A DNA stretch of 64,000 nucleotides, taken from positions 1-64,000 of the forward strand of contig DF237422.1 of assembly GCA_000708835.1 (NCBI GenBank). Direction: 5' to 3'. The notes under the pieces were generated by a model. The model did not search any database. It saw only the letters and a list, made by a program, of their open reading frames with translations, and was not told where the DNA came from. This document shows positions 50,456 to 62,818 of this stretch, piece by piece (the first letter of the stretch is position 1; every line of letters starts with the position of its first letter). The stretch is from Klebsormidium nitens (taxonomy: Eukaryota; Plantae; Klebsormidiophyceae). Position numbers and translations under genes: made by a program.

Positions 50456-53400
50456 ATGGCGGACGGGGCGACCATGAGGGCAGCCTGCGGGCACGCTCTT
50501 CCTCACCACGCGCCTCTTGGTCAGCGGCAGGGATCCAGGCAGGAAGCATCCGTTTCTTCTAGGCTTGTGAATGTGGGCCCAGGACGAGTCCACAGGCATG
50601 CTTCAAATGCACGCGCCGGCCCACAGATCTTGCCTCGGATACGACAAAATTGTCTTGCTTCTGCACCGGTTGGTTGTAGAAAGAAAAGCTTAGAGCATGC
50701 AGTTCACGGGAGGCATCGGCTAGAGGGATCGGTATCGAGGTTGAGCGGAGGGTCTGACTTGAAGTCAGAATCGACGATGCACAGAAGAGGGAAAGGGACG
50801 ATTGTTGCCGCAGGACCGCCGACTGAGGAGGTTGTCACGGATACGAAGATGCTGACAAAGGCTGACCTTGTTGAGTACATGAAGAAAGGATGCAAACCGA
50901 AGGAGAATTGGCGGTAAGAACCGCTGCAGTTTATTGTCAGATTCAATCCACAAGATTGACAAGATTGATAGATTGTTATCCTGGTCTTAAGGACCGACTT
51001 GAATCTATCTCAAATGTGGCTTCAGCTTTTCGATGGTGGTACATCTGTTCGCTAACCCTAATCTGCCATTCTGTGCTTATGTTTTGAAGATGCATCAACG
51101 GTGCATGTCATGGCGATTTCTGGATATGTGATTGGTCCGAGATTCAAAAGGCCGCCAGCCTTTCGGCATTGGTGGATGAGGCCCAAACATCAACACTATT
51201 GGCCTCTTTGAGAATTTTCTAAGCATGACACTACGGTTTGTATTCTTGCCTGGCTTGTTGGAAGCACATTCTGATGTCCTGGGCGGAGCTAAGAGAGCAA
51301 AGGGCTGCAGATTGCTCACGATCAACAGCGTCCAAGCGCTGTCACCTTCCCGCTTCGAACTTGACATCTGATACGATCCACCTTCAAGTTCCAGCAATTT
51401 GTGTGACAACTTGATTACCACAAGCTGAAAAGCTGGCCTCTGAGTTTTATCTCTGCTTGTTTTGAAAGAAAGTCTGTTGAAAGAAAGAGAGGATGGATTC
51501 TCTACAGCACAGATTCGAATCAAGCTGACGGTTTCCGTTTCTTTTTGTAACCTGCATGAAACAATTGCATATTTAGTTGATGTTTTCTGAGTCCGTTTAT
51601 AACCTGCACAAAATGCTTGAACTTTTTACTCTTATCCCTCCCTGCATTTCAGAGCAGATGTGTAACACAGAGGTCATGAAAAGTAAGGTCAGAAAACTCA
51701 CTCTAATCATATCAAGTTAAGATTTGTCAGGGTCTGACTGTACAGCACCTGCTCTGCAGCATAGGGACTGAACACGAAAAGTTTGGGTTCAAGTTTGAGG
51801 ACAAGCGGCGGCTAAACTACGAGGAGATCCATCAGCTGCTTGAGGCGCTGGCTGACCGGTTTGGATGGGAGCGGGTGTTTGAGAACAACAAGTTGATTGC
51901 ACTTAAGCAGGTAAAACAAGAAGCAGTCCCCTTCCATATGATCTGGAATTTGCAGTTCATGGATGAAAGCAATCGTGCTTTCTGAGGGCGTTCGGCGATT
52001 GGTTTTACACTACTCATCATTGGCTTTTCGGAAAGTGGTATAAGGTACATAATGATGCTAATGAAGACAATTGTTGCTTGTCCATCCATACAAACGCTGC
52101 GAGCTGATGCATATTCAAATATACTGTAGTGACAATCAAAGACTTTGGAGTTAGCAGCTGACAGATGTGATCAAGTGGACGAGCCTTTTCCCCCCGAGGA
52201 ATACTAGCAAGTGCTTTGAACCTTGAGACACGCTTCATGCTCAAGCAGGGGTGCTAGGCTCGAGCTAGATGACCTGCCTCCTTCACTACTTCCTTTATTA
52301 CAAGTAGCTGATTAGTAATTTGCTTCGTCCTGCAGAGCGGCCAAAGCATCACGCTAGAGCCAGGGGGTCAGTTTGAGCTGAGCGGGGCCCCCTTGAGCAC
52401 TCTGCACCAGACATGTGGAGAGGTCAACAGCCACCTGTATCAAGTGAGGCTGCTGAGCAGCCTTTGTTGCCACTGTCCCTCATTTGACATTGCCATCTGG
52501 TGGGAGAAATCCTGCTATCTGCAGTTGCCACCTATGATTAAACCACCACCCCGGGTATAACTCGGGGCAAACCGGCTGGCATTCGCTCCAGCGGCCACCG
52601 AAATTCAAATTTCGGCCCGAAGGCGCCCGCTTCCAGCTTGTGCATTTTTGACCTTATACATCAAAGAAACTAAAGCATTACTTCACCGTTTTAGGCGGTC
52701 TTGCTTTCTAGAGCTCTATCTTAGTGGTATCAGCAAGGCCAGGTCGAAACCGCCGCTTAATTCGTGAAGGAACGGCCTGTTTTAATGTAGGCAAGGGTAC
52801 CTTCTTTATGTGTGCGTCCAGTGTGCGCCCGTCGCGAATTCAAGTTGCGAACTTGATTATGAGCATTCCTGGTTACCAGGAGTATTTATACCTTGGGTGG
52901 TGGTTTAATCGTGGAGGATTGGTCAAGGGGGTTTGTGAACTGAAATACCTGTCGTTGTGTCCAAGGGCTAGGAGATGCTGAGTCTCCTTATGGAAAGGAC
53001 GATATAAAAGTTTGCAGTCATTCGAGACAGGATCAGGAACTCCCTAGGTCTGACAGAAAGGCTGCCAGAACAGCAGATTCGCAATAGTGAAGGCTGTGTT
53101 CAAGAGTCCACTTCAGAACGACTTCCTGTGTTCAGCATGGTCTGGTATTTGGATGCCGGCAACCCCTCACTGATAAAAATAAGGAAAAGAAGGCAGAGGA
53201 CATTCACCTCACTGATTGGTACCTGACCATAGAAGCTGAGAACAAGCACGTATGCAATGAAATGCTCTGTAACGAGCAACAAAGGAGTGCGCCCTATCAT
53301 AGATCAGGTCCACAAGAGACTGGTGCCACGTAGTGTGCCACCGTAGTGTGCGACAATGACAGTACTTTCAAATAGTGAGTTTGCAGTGCCGCTGTGACAG

Positions 53401-56400
53401 GCTCTTTCAGTTTACATATTTGCTTTGATTGCCCTTTCAGGTGAAGACAGTCTGTGAGGAGATGGGTGCCGGCTTTCTGGGGCTCGGTTTCGACCCCAAG
53501 TGGAGCATCGAGGACATTCCGATCATGCCAAAGGGCCGCTACAAGCTGATGAAGGAATACATGCCGCGCGTGGGGTCTCACGGGCGCGACATGATGTTCC
53601 GCACATGCACCGTGCAAGTCAACCTGGACTTTGACACCGAGCGCGACATGATCAACAAGATGCGGGTCGGGCTGGCTTTGCAACCGGTGAGTTTGGGGGT
53701 TGGCTCGCAGGGGTGAGATGACGTGTCAGAGGGGAATTCATAATATCATCGAAAGGATGGTACTGTTGACACCGAGCTCGACATTGTGTAAGAGATGCGG
53801 GTCGAGCTGGGTCTCCAACCGTTCGGATCTAACTCGCTCAGTTGATGAATGGCCTGCTTTTAAACGGACATGACATGTCATCAAGGGATATCATGATCAT
53901 ATTGTGCCGGCAAACACACGGAACATCCGGACGGCTGGAGCTGCATCTGGTGTCTTCCAGAGGTCGATCTAAACGTAGAAAAGGCAGTAGTTTACGATAG
54001 TCAGAAGCCATCTTCCAGAGCTCCCATTGTGCCAACCGCTCGCGCTTTGCTGACCCGTCTAGTTCCACCAGCAGCCCCGTGCTGACTCCCTATCTCGATC
54101 ATGTTTGGCAGAAGCTTACAAAGGCTCAAGTTTCTCGCTTGATCATTGAATTCTTTTGCTTGTGACATGATGGACTTCTCACACTCTCTTCTGCACACCG
54201 CTCGCTCTTCGCTAACCAACTCCGATCTACACCCCTTCAGATCGCGACGGCTCTGTTCGCCAACTCCCCATTCACTGAGGGCAAGCCCAACGGCTACCTG
54301 AGCTTCCGAAGTCAAATCTGGAAAGACGTGGATCCCCACCGGACGGGCATGCTGCCGTTTGTCTTTGACGATGATTTTGGGTGAGCCGTTTTGCTGGACG
54401 CTCGGCCATGGTCGACCCAGATGCGACATGCAACTGACTAGTTAGAGTAGCTTTGAATGGAATGGAGAGAGAGGACTTGTCTTTCGTGCTTCAGCAGCTA
54501 TTACCAGATTTACAGTAGCCGCTGTCACGGAATGCTGTCAGTTGCAATGATCATCTGGAGGGGTGGGGGGGAGTCGAGACCTGAAACAGTTGCTTCTCGT
54601 CACGGTTTCAAAGCCTATGTTTCGGAGGCAGACCGCAGATATAATCCAAGAACCAGAGATCGGGATTTGGACGCTTGTGTTTGGACTATCCACAGACCGA
54701 CTCTGAGCTCTGGCCTCGAATATCGAAGCTCTTTGGGCCTAGCACTCGTTTGATCAGAAAGCCTTAACCCCGCTCTCGAACCCTGACCTCTAACCTTGAA
54801 TTAGAAGCCTGGCATTCACAATCTGGATTGCGACCGTCCTCTTCAGACTTGTCCGGAAGATTGAATCTCGGAGCGAATGTTGCAGGTTCGAAAAGTACGT
54901 AGACTACGCTCTAAATGTGGCAATGTACTTCGTGTACCGGAAGAAGGGGTACGTGGACGCTCTTGGGCTGGACTTCAAGGTATTGACCGCAGCCTCGTTG
55001 ATTTTGCCGCGTTAATCTGTTTTCCGTAAATGTCGCTTTTACTTCCATCAGCATATTTGCAAATATGGTTTTGTATGTTGAGTGCGAGTACTTTGGCTTG
55101 CTTTCTCATGACCGATTGCCGTCTGTCTACTTTTACGGTTTGCCTCCTTCCGGCCGATTCTCTTTGGTCCATCATTTTTCTTTGGTTTGCCTTTCTCCTT
55201 AAGCGACCAGTTTGAAAGGAGGACACTCATGGCGAGCACGACTTTCGAATTTTGGGCTTTTGATCCCTCATTTTCAATCTGGCTCGCCAGAACGATGCCT
55301 ACAGACACCTGGCATACCTTATCGGTGACATTACGTCCCAACATGCAGCTTTTGATCGCTTGACTTCCCATTCCGGTGGTGCATCCACCGAGATCGTATC
55401 GATCAATCATCACTGGCACAAACGTAGCCGGGATGATTTAAGATTCAAACCTACTGTCAAACCTACTGTAAACCACACCCGCTCCCAGTGTCATCTGCTA
55501 ACCTGTTTCGCTCTGCCACGTGGCTAGGATTTCATGGCGGGCAAATTGTCGGCCCTGCCCGGAGAGTATCCGACAATCAACGATTGGGAAAACCACCTAA
55601 CCACCATCTTCCCCGAGGTAAGCAAAGCGCGGCCAACTTCCTCACATCCCCGTACTCCTAGGACGGTTGTGAACTCCCATCTTCTCCATCGTCAAATCAG
55701 CACCATTGTTTGCCCTACTGCTCTAGTGGACCATTGAGTGGATGTGTATTTGTACGGTGCAAGCTATACGAAGGAGCCTTTGATCACAATCCAGCCTTGC
55801 AGGCCGCCACGACAGAGACCTTAATTTCAGCTGTCAAGAAACTCACCTCATATTCGACCTGTGTCGGACCTGTGATGTTTCGAGGAACATTTTTGCTGTG
55901 AATCTCATCTTCCTTTTGATTGGCTTTGAACAGTTCTTTGCGGCCTTATTTAAGGGCCAGACACGTGGCACTGAAAAACGATATTAGTTCATCCCTTCTG
56001 ACGTGATTCTCAATTGTCAAGGCTCGGCGCTATCGACAGCCGTGGTTTGCGTTTAGCCAGGGATGACACGTATCGCTATCGGAGGCAAATGTGGACATCA
56101 CTTGAGAGTCGCCAAACTGGTCCACACACAACCAATCAATCCCCTCACTTCAACCATTGCTGCCAAGAGATATTTCAAAAGCGACGTATTTGACGCAGCA
56201 AGTGCCTCGGATTGAATGTCTCCCGAGACGAACCCCTTTGTGACCACGCCATCTAGAATCCGCCCAAGTCCGAGATGAGAAAACTTTCTCGAACCATTGG
56301 CAACATTTACATCGCACATACTCATGAGCACCCAAACGCTCGCAAAAACGTACCTCCAAGCCCATTCCACGCACAGTAGGCCGCCTCTTACCCGCCCCAC

Positions 56401-58561
56401 TCTCGCCGCAGGTACGCCTGAAGAAATATATCGAGATGCGCGGCGCGGATGCGGGCCCGTGGAAGTCGTTGTGCGCGCTGCCCGCGTTGTGGGTATGTCC
56501 CCGCAAACCCTAAACCCCGGACCGCTCTGCTCACGCACCGTCTTTTTCCTCGTCCGAATGCTGCAGGTGCGACTGAAACGGTACATTGAAATGCGGGGGG
56601 CGGATAATGGGTGTGTAGACCTGATTCTGGGGCAGTCGGCCATGTGGGTGAGTCGAGAAGGAGGCGGTTAGAAGGGCCTCCGTACCGCTGTCACTCCCAT
56701 CTTCCGAGTCGGTTTTAGAAAGGCCTGCATCATGTTTCATGGAAGCAGACTTTCCTTACATCATCGGTGTGTGAGAGCTGGATGTTACGAGGATTTATAC
56801 ATCGGGTCTGGAACTCTCGAGCTGTTGCTAGAGGGCTCAACTTGAAACACACCACCTTGTGGGGCAAGGATAACGCTCAACCGAGTGCATTCCACATCTG
56901 GTTTCTCAGATTTGTGCTGCAAAGAAGGTTGCTGAAGGGAATCCGCTGTTTCATAATCTGTCGGGCCAGTCGTTTCGCCCAATATTGTTTCCATCCTTTT
57001 ATTACAAGAAGTCCTCCTTAAATCGTGTCATGAAGGCCTTTCTGCTTGATAAGCTCCCCCCTTTCCTTTCCCGCACCCCTCTGTATTGGAAGAAAGTCTC
57101 GGGCTCCTTCTGGAAACAGGGGTGTCCCAATCACGGTCACCCAGTCCTTGCTGCAAGCGACTACCAAAGTGATTCCCCTGACTCTCAGTCGCCCAAAAGG
57201 CGGTGGATCGGAGGACGCCATCTACTGTAGCCCCTCCCGATTGCTTTGCCCCACTCTCTGCGCAGAACACGTCACCTTAGCATACTCTAGAGCGGCAACC
57301 ATGATAATTGCCGTCCCGACCACATTGGAATGTTCAGCTGGAACGCAACCGTTGCCTAGTGATGAACCGTTTAATGAAAGGTGTAGAGTAGATTTTCAAT
57401 CCGCACTGCCTCTGTCCCATCGCAGCTGGGGCGGTCGGACCTTTGTTTTGACAAGGAGTCGCTCTCAAGGGTGCCTGGACCCGAACCCCGACTGTTTGAA
57501 CCCTCTATTCAAAACCGTAGTCGTCCACAAGCAGGATCAACCTCAGTGTACCAAAATCCTTTTCTCCTTTCCCCCGTCACAGGTCGGGCTTTTGTACGAC
57601 GAGGAGTCGCTACAAGGCTGCCTGGACCTGATCTCCGACTGGACGACTGGCGAGATGCAAATGCTGCGCGACAAGGTCCCGGTCACCGGCCTGCGCACGC
57701 CCTTCCGCGACGGCATGGTCCGCCACGTGGCACAGGATGTTCTCAAGCTTGCGAGGGTGAGCGTTCGAGGACCCTCCTTTTGCATACCGTACAGAACATG
57801 ACATCGTAACAGCACAGAGGGGGGATCATCAAGTGCATGTACACGCAACTCTTTTTGACAGCACGGCCACTGTCCTGAAGCTCGCGCGGGTGAGCTCCCA
57901 AAAAACGCGTTTTGATTCGGAGCGGCTTGAAAGCTGCAAGCTTCGAGAGGTGCACTTCCTGAGTACCGTGCATTATTGCGCGCCCTCTGGAGAAGTCAGT
58001 TTGCTCAAAGTCCTTTCCAAGTCGCATTGGTTAGCGTACAAAGACTTCCAATCTGAAAAGCCTGTTACTGCCCAGCGTACGCATTTGTGTGGTTTATGCT
58101 AAATGGCTTAGTGCTTTGATTCGTTCCCGTTGTCTGGGTTTGCCATTTGTGCATTGTTGGAACAGGACTTGGAGGTCACGCTTATAGGAGCATTTACGTG
58201 CATACTAGAACCGTTGCTGACAGTCTGTTTGCTTGCTTTCCACAGGAGGGCCTGGAGCGACGCGGCTTCAACGAGGCTGAGTTCCTGAAGGGTCTGGAGG
58301 ACATCGCACGAAAAGGTGAGGCATTTGCGCGGGACAAGTTCGAAGTAGGAACAGATATGCAGACTCCGACGGCGCTGAAATATCAACGGACACGTACTCA
58401 GACAAGTGGGTTCTAATAGTAAAAGGTGTGCATATCTCACGCCCTCTGAACAAGTGCCTTCTTCTTCTGCAGGAGTGACGTCCGCTGATGTCCTGCTTGA
58501 CAAATATCACAACGAGTGGGACGAGGACGTAGACCGAGTCTACGACGAGTTTCTCTACTGA
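50456..58561 (+). CDS. GSH1: Glutamate-cysteine ligase (gamma-glutamylcysteine synthetase), plant GSH1 type, with ~115-aa transit-peptide-like extension; 566 aa using exon 8a
   Basis: Exons 50456-50913, 51760-51910, 52336-52443, 53441-53686, 54241-54380, 54886-54979, 55528-55617, 56412-56492 (8a), 57583-57756, 58246-58315, 58473-58561. Motifs [88 protein letters not shown]. Confidence 0.96.
56567..56647 (+). CDS. Second copy of GSH1 exon 8 (8b), candidate mutually exclusive exon: [27 protein letters not shown]
   Basis: ctgcag| 81 nt |gtgagt; same length and phase as exon 8a, no stop, catalytic EMRGAD intact, 8 synonymous versus 1 nonsynonymous difference over the first 13 codons. Confidence 0.8.
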
Positions 58562-60734
58562 GGGCGCTGCCTGAGCAAAGGCACTCTTTCTGGCAGTACT
58601 TTGAACGGCGGGCAATCCCTTGCAATATAAGCTGTATCGTTTTAGTCTCAAGCACAGGCGAGTATCTCGATTCTTTGCTAGATGCAGGAGGCTCCGCTTC
58701 TGCGTGATCATATGCACAGCTCCGGTTCGGGTGTGAGTTACTTATGTCCGGACTGTGCTCAAGTAGTGTTTGCTGATCTGGTGCTCGCTTTTGCCGCTTG
58801 TACCTTAACGAGTCAGCCTAGGAATGAGATCGAAAGATGCATGGACGGTGCAGGTAATTAAATAGAACGAACACGCTCTCAGGAATGTGCTCATATGCCC
58901 TCCTTTATGATGACGACGAAGCTTGCAAGCAGATTGGACAACAAAAAGTTTGTCAAAACCACCCGTTCAGCCTCCCAGTTGGTTCGCTCTGGCATCATTG
59001 CCAGCAGCGCAATACGTTTCAGGCGGCCCGTCATCATGATGGTTTGGACGGGCTTAGGTACATGCGTGCGGGGGGGACATATTATGTCGATCGAATCGTA
59101 ATGATTGCATATGTCTGAATTGACCACATAAATTTCACTGTTGTCCCCGATTGGGAACGCATCAAAGAAGACGGATCAACGAACAGATACAGCCGCCGAC
59201 ATAAGATATGCTTGCCGAGTATTTGCCAATAAGCAAATCCTATTGTACTGAAGGTCACCTTTATAAGTTCTGGATTGCGTACATCGCCGATATCCTCGTG
59301 TCTCGGATGTACTTGGCTGGCATGTGCAGCTGGGCGCCCCGGCCGGCCAGAAAAGTACGGTAGGATCTTGCATGCATGTTTGATGCTATTGACCTAGCAG
59401 GATCTGGGTAGGCCATATAGTCGAATATCGTCGGACCGGCATGGCCCCTCACCATAAACGTGAGCATAAGAACATGCTTGCATGACGTTCCAGCTAGAAG
59501 CTATCATTCAAAAAATAAATGTTCAACGGTTGCTTTCAATCAGGTCATCAGCCGGGCAGCTGGCGTAAGGCACGGTAAGGGTTTGTGGTAAGTTGACATC
59601 CACTTCATCTTCGTTCCTTGCACTGGCTGCCACGAACTCGTCCAACGGGACTCCCCTAGTCTCCATTGTGATGGGTTCATGCCGCCGTGACTATTTGATC
59701 AAAGCCGTGCATGCACGCGCATCCAAAAATGTGAAACTCACTGGTTCAAAAGATCGCCGTTGGCTTCCAGGCTCAGCCTAGATAATCCTTGCGAGAGAAG
59801 CACGCATTTGCGTGGCCAGATGTTCAGGGCCAACTCGCAAGCGCGTCTCTGCTTGCCAGCAATCACCCGTTTGTATCAGAAGGTTCCCAAACGGCGCCAA
59901 ATGAGCCTCGAAGCGTTGAAGTATCCGGCGCCCGCCCGACCGTACAAAAGGCGCCCGGCCGGGGCGGCTGCGGGCATGTCCGATCGTCACCTGCCGAAAC
60001 CCTGAACCTCGCCGGCTTCATAGGCAGACACGTGGTCTCTTGGATTGACGGCGTCGCGTGACCGTACATCTTCGCGCAGCTGCCAAAGTTTTCGATCAAC
60101 GTTTTCCGCATGATCTTGTAAAGATAATAAAAACGGTTGCCTTTCATATGTCTTTGACTGAGGACAGGTCAGAGGGGTGGTCAAATGAGCTGGGCTCGCG
60201 TTCCGCCCATCAATCTTTTCACGATCAAAAAGTGAAGCCAGAAACGGCATGTCCCTGCGGTGAGTGAAACCACGTATTGTACTCGCGCAAATAGCGGATC
60301 TGGCAAGGCAGGATTACAAAAAATGGGATTGTCGGCTACAAATCCGAGCGCTAAGAGGCGTTGTTTTCGCTAGATCTTGAAAGAATGGTAAAGCTGTAGC
60401 CGTGCGCAGCGTTCGGAGCAAAAGCGCACGAAGCCTTTGCTGGGTCCTCTTGAAGAAAGTATTCGGGTCGCGGAAGCTGCACAAAGTGCTCAGAGGGCAA
60501 CACAGAACCCTAGGCTCTGGTAGCGTTCGTTCAATCTGCCAAGATTGTAGGCAAGATTCTGCTTCTCGTAGCTTGGAGCTTAAGACCTCGTATCCCTTTG
60601 CAAACAAGAACCCTCAAGTGCTGCGCCGTCGATTTGGCTGCAGAACAGGCTTTCCAGGGTTTGCGACGTTCAATCAGATTCTAGGAGTTGTGATTCTCTG
60701 AGCTGCATTTTGCCCGCAGACCTGGCTGAAAGCA

Positions 60735-62818
60735 TTGGGCTCCCAAATACCCGCGAGGATGATTGTATTCATCAGATTTCTGGGGGTCATCGCCGGTGGG
60801 CTGTGCTCAGCTTTGCTGCTACGTGCATGCTTTGTTGAGGAGAACGAAAAGGCGCCTGGAGAGACCGGAGAAGAGCCCGGGGAGAAAGAGAGCGAAAAAT
60901 TGGCTCTGGTGGGCGGGGGTGATTTGGAGCCCGGTGAAGATGACCGAGCAGTCACGGATTCAGTCGGTGGGAATGCAAGCGGCTCCGAAGCGGATGCTTC
61001 CGAAGAGAGGAAGGCTGGGAACGAGTCATATTCCAACAGAGAGGATCTTGGATCCGGTTCTGAAGCGGACGTAATTTCACAAGACAGCAAAGTTGGAACA
61101 AAACCAGAGTCGCCCAGGAAGGAGCTTGGATCCGAAGAGGAAGACTCGGACTGCGAGACAGGCCCCTGTGAAGAGAGCATTGCGCAGACGACTCTAGCGC
61201 CACCTGAACGCGGCGGCAGTTCTCAGGGTGCTCGAGAGTGCGAGCCCGGTACGAGTCCCCGAGCAGATGCGAAGCCTCAGAATGGCGGTGTCAAGCGCAA
61301 CTCTGAGATTCTGAGGGAGCTGGGCCGGAAGATTGGTTCGGGGGACTTCACTGGGGATGCGGATCTGAGCGCTGTTTTGAACACCGGGAAGCAGGTGGGC
61401 ACTTCTAACCTGATACTGAAAAGCACGACAAAAAAGGGAGAAGCAGCGAATTAACGCCCAAAGAGGCAATTTGTGAGGCAAAGGGCAGCTCCGCAAAGTC
61501 GGCGTCGACAGAATCTGTTTAGACACAACCCACACCTTATTCTTGTATTCGGTGGCATCATTGGGCAGTCTCTGACGTCAAGGAAGAGAAGCAGAACTCC
61601 AAGTTTTTGCTTCTGCTCCCGCCGAGATACATACTTCGTGACTTCCCCACAACAGAAAGGTTCTAGCAGACTCTTCGATGGACGAGATCCAATAATGTGA
61701 TGAGATGTTCACTGAATGTAATAAGGAATCCAATAGAGGTGATTTGTGAATCTCAGATTTTATTCATTCGTGTGCAGGAGATAAGGGCGATGGAAGAATT
61801 TGCTGTTCCTCTCTACTCCTTGTCCGAACAACAGATTTTTCTAAGATGTCGAGCATGCAATGACATTCGAAGGAATCTGACTATAGAACGGGGAAGTCGA
61901 GGCTCACGGTGTTTTAGCTCTCGAGCAGTTGTGCTGACCTGCGTTTTGCGATTCTTAACCTTTTCTGACACCCTCCTTCAGCGAGGCCCTGAGAATCGAG
62001 ATCAAACCGCCTTCCTACATCCCTTCGATACCGGTCTCATACTCTCAACTTCACCAGTTGTTCTGGAAGAACACAGCGCGTATTCCCTGTAATCAATTAA
62101 GAGTCTGCATTTGCTATATTTCTGGAAGCCATTATTTCCTCATTTGCAGATGCACCCAGCAGCTTCCGCGCCAGTCAGCGTCCCCTCGAGCGGAACGGCC
62201 CGCCAGAACGCGCACGCAACAGAAAAGCGGACCGCGCAGAAGCAGTCAACCTGGTTCGGGGGGTTCTTCCCGTCCAGTGTGAAAGCCCCCCCAAAGTGCA
62301 GTGCCAAGAGTGGAGAGCTCGGCAGCGGAAGCATTTACACCGGGCCCGAAGAAGACTGGGAGACGGTCGGGTATCGGAACGTTCCGGCGGAAGGATGCGG
62401 CGCTCCGGCGGAACACATGCTGGCGTCCATGATTGTGATTGGGGAGGAGGAGAAGAGTGCGCTATCAGACGTGGGGACGGAATCCGTTCACACCGGAGCG
62501 AAGTCTGGGGCGACGGAAGCGGAAAGGTGTGGCTCAGAGATCTGGGCTTCGATGATATTCGTTGATCCGCCGGAAACGGAAGCTTCGCCGGAAAAGGGCG
62601 ACCAGACGTGCCGGGAAATCATGAAGACGTCGCCGCCAACGGAAGTCGTAGCCAGGTCGGAAACGGGACAGGGAAGGAGTGTTAGAGAGAATTTTAATGC
62701 AGAAGAGAGGGCGAAGGGGTCTTATCAAGAATTAGAAGGGGCTTTGCGAAAGGCAGCGATCGAGGAAGATTTGCCTGTGTCTGAGTCGCCCAGCGAAGAC
62801 GGGAGTGCAGATTTCTAG
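60735..62818 (+). CDS. Hypothetical acidic, low-complexity protein (at least two coding blocks)
   Basis: ORFs 60735-61454 (239 aa) and 62111-62818 (235 aa) are E/S/G-rich. Plausible donor at gggaagcag|gtgggc (about 61395) and acceptor ttgcag|atgcac (about 62149). No recognisable domain; 5' end not defined. Confidence 0.45.

Noticed and set aside
54886-55617. Absence of the beta-hairpin cysteines (Arabidopsis C349/C364) in both GCLs
   Set aside because: As recalled, this second disulfide is restricted to some angiosperms, so its absence is expected.
10819-58561. Functional link between TTLL and GCL as glutamate ligases
   Set aside because: They have different folds (ATP-grasp versus GS/GCS) and substrates; no sequence evidence connects them beyond proximity.
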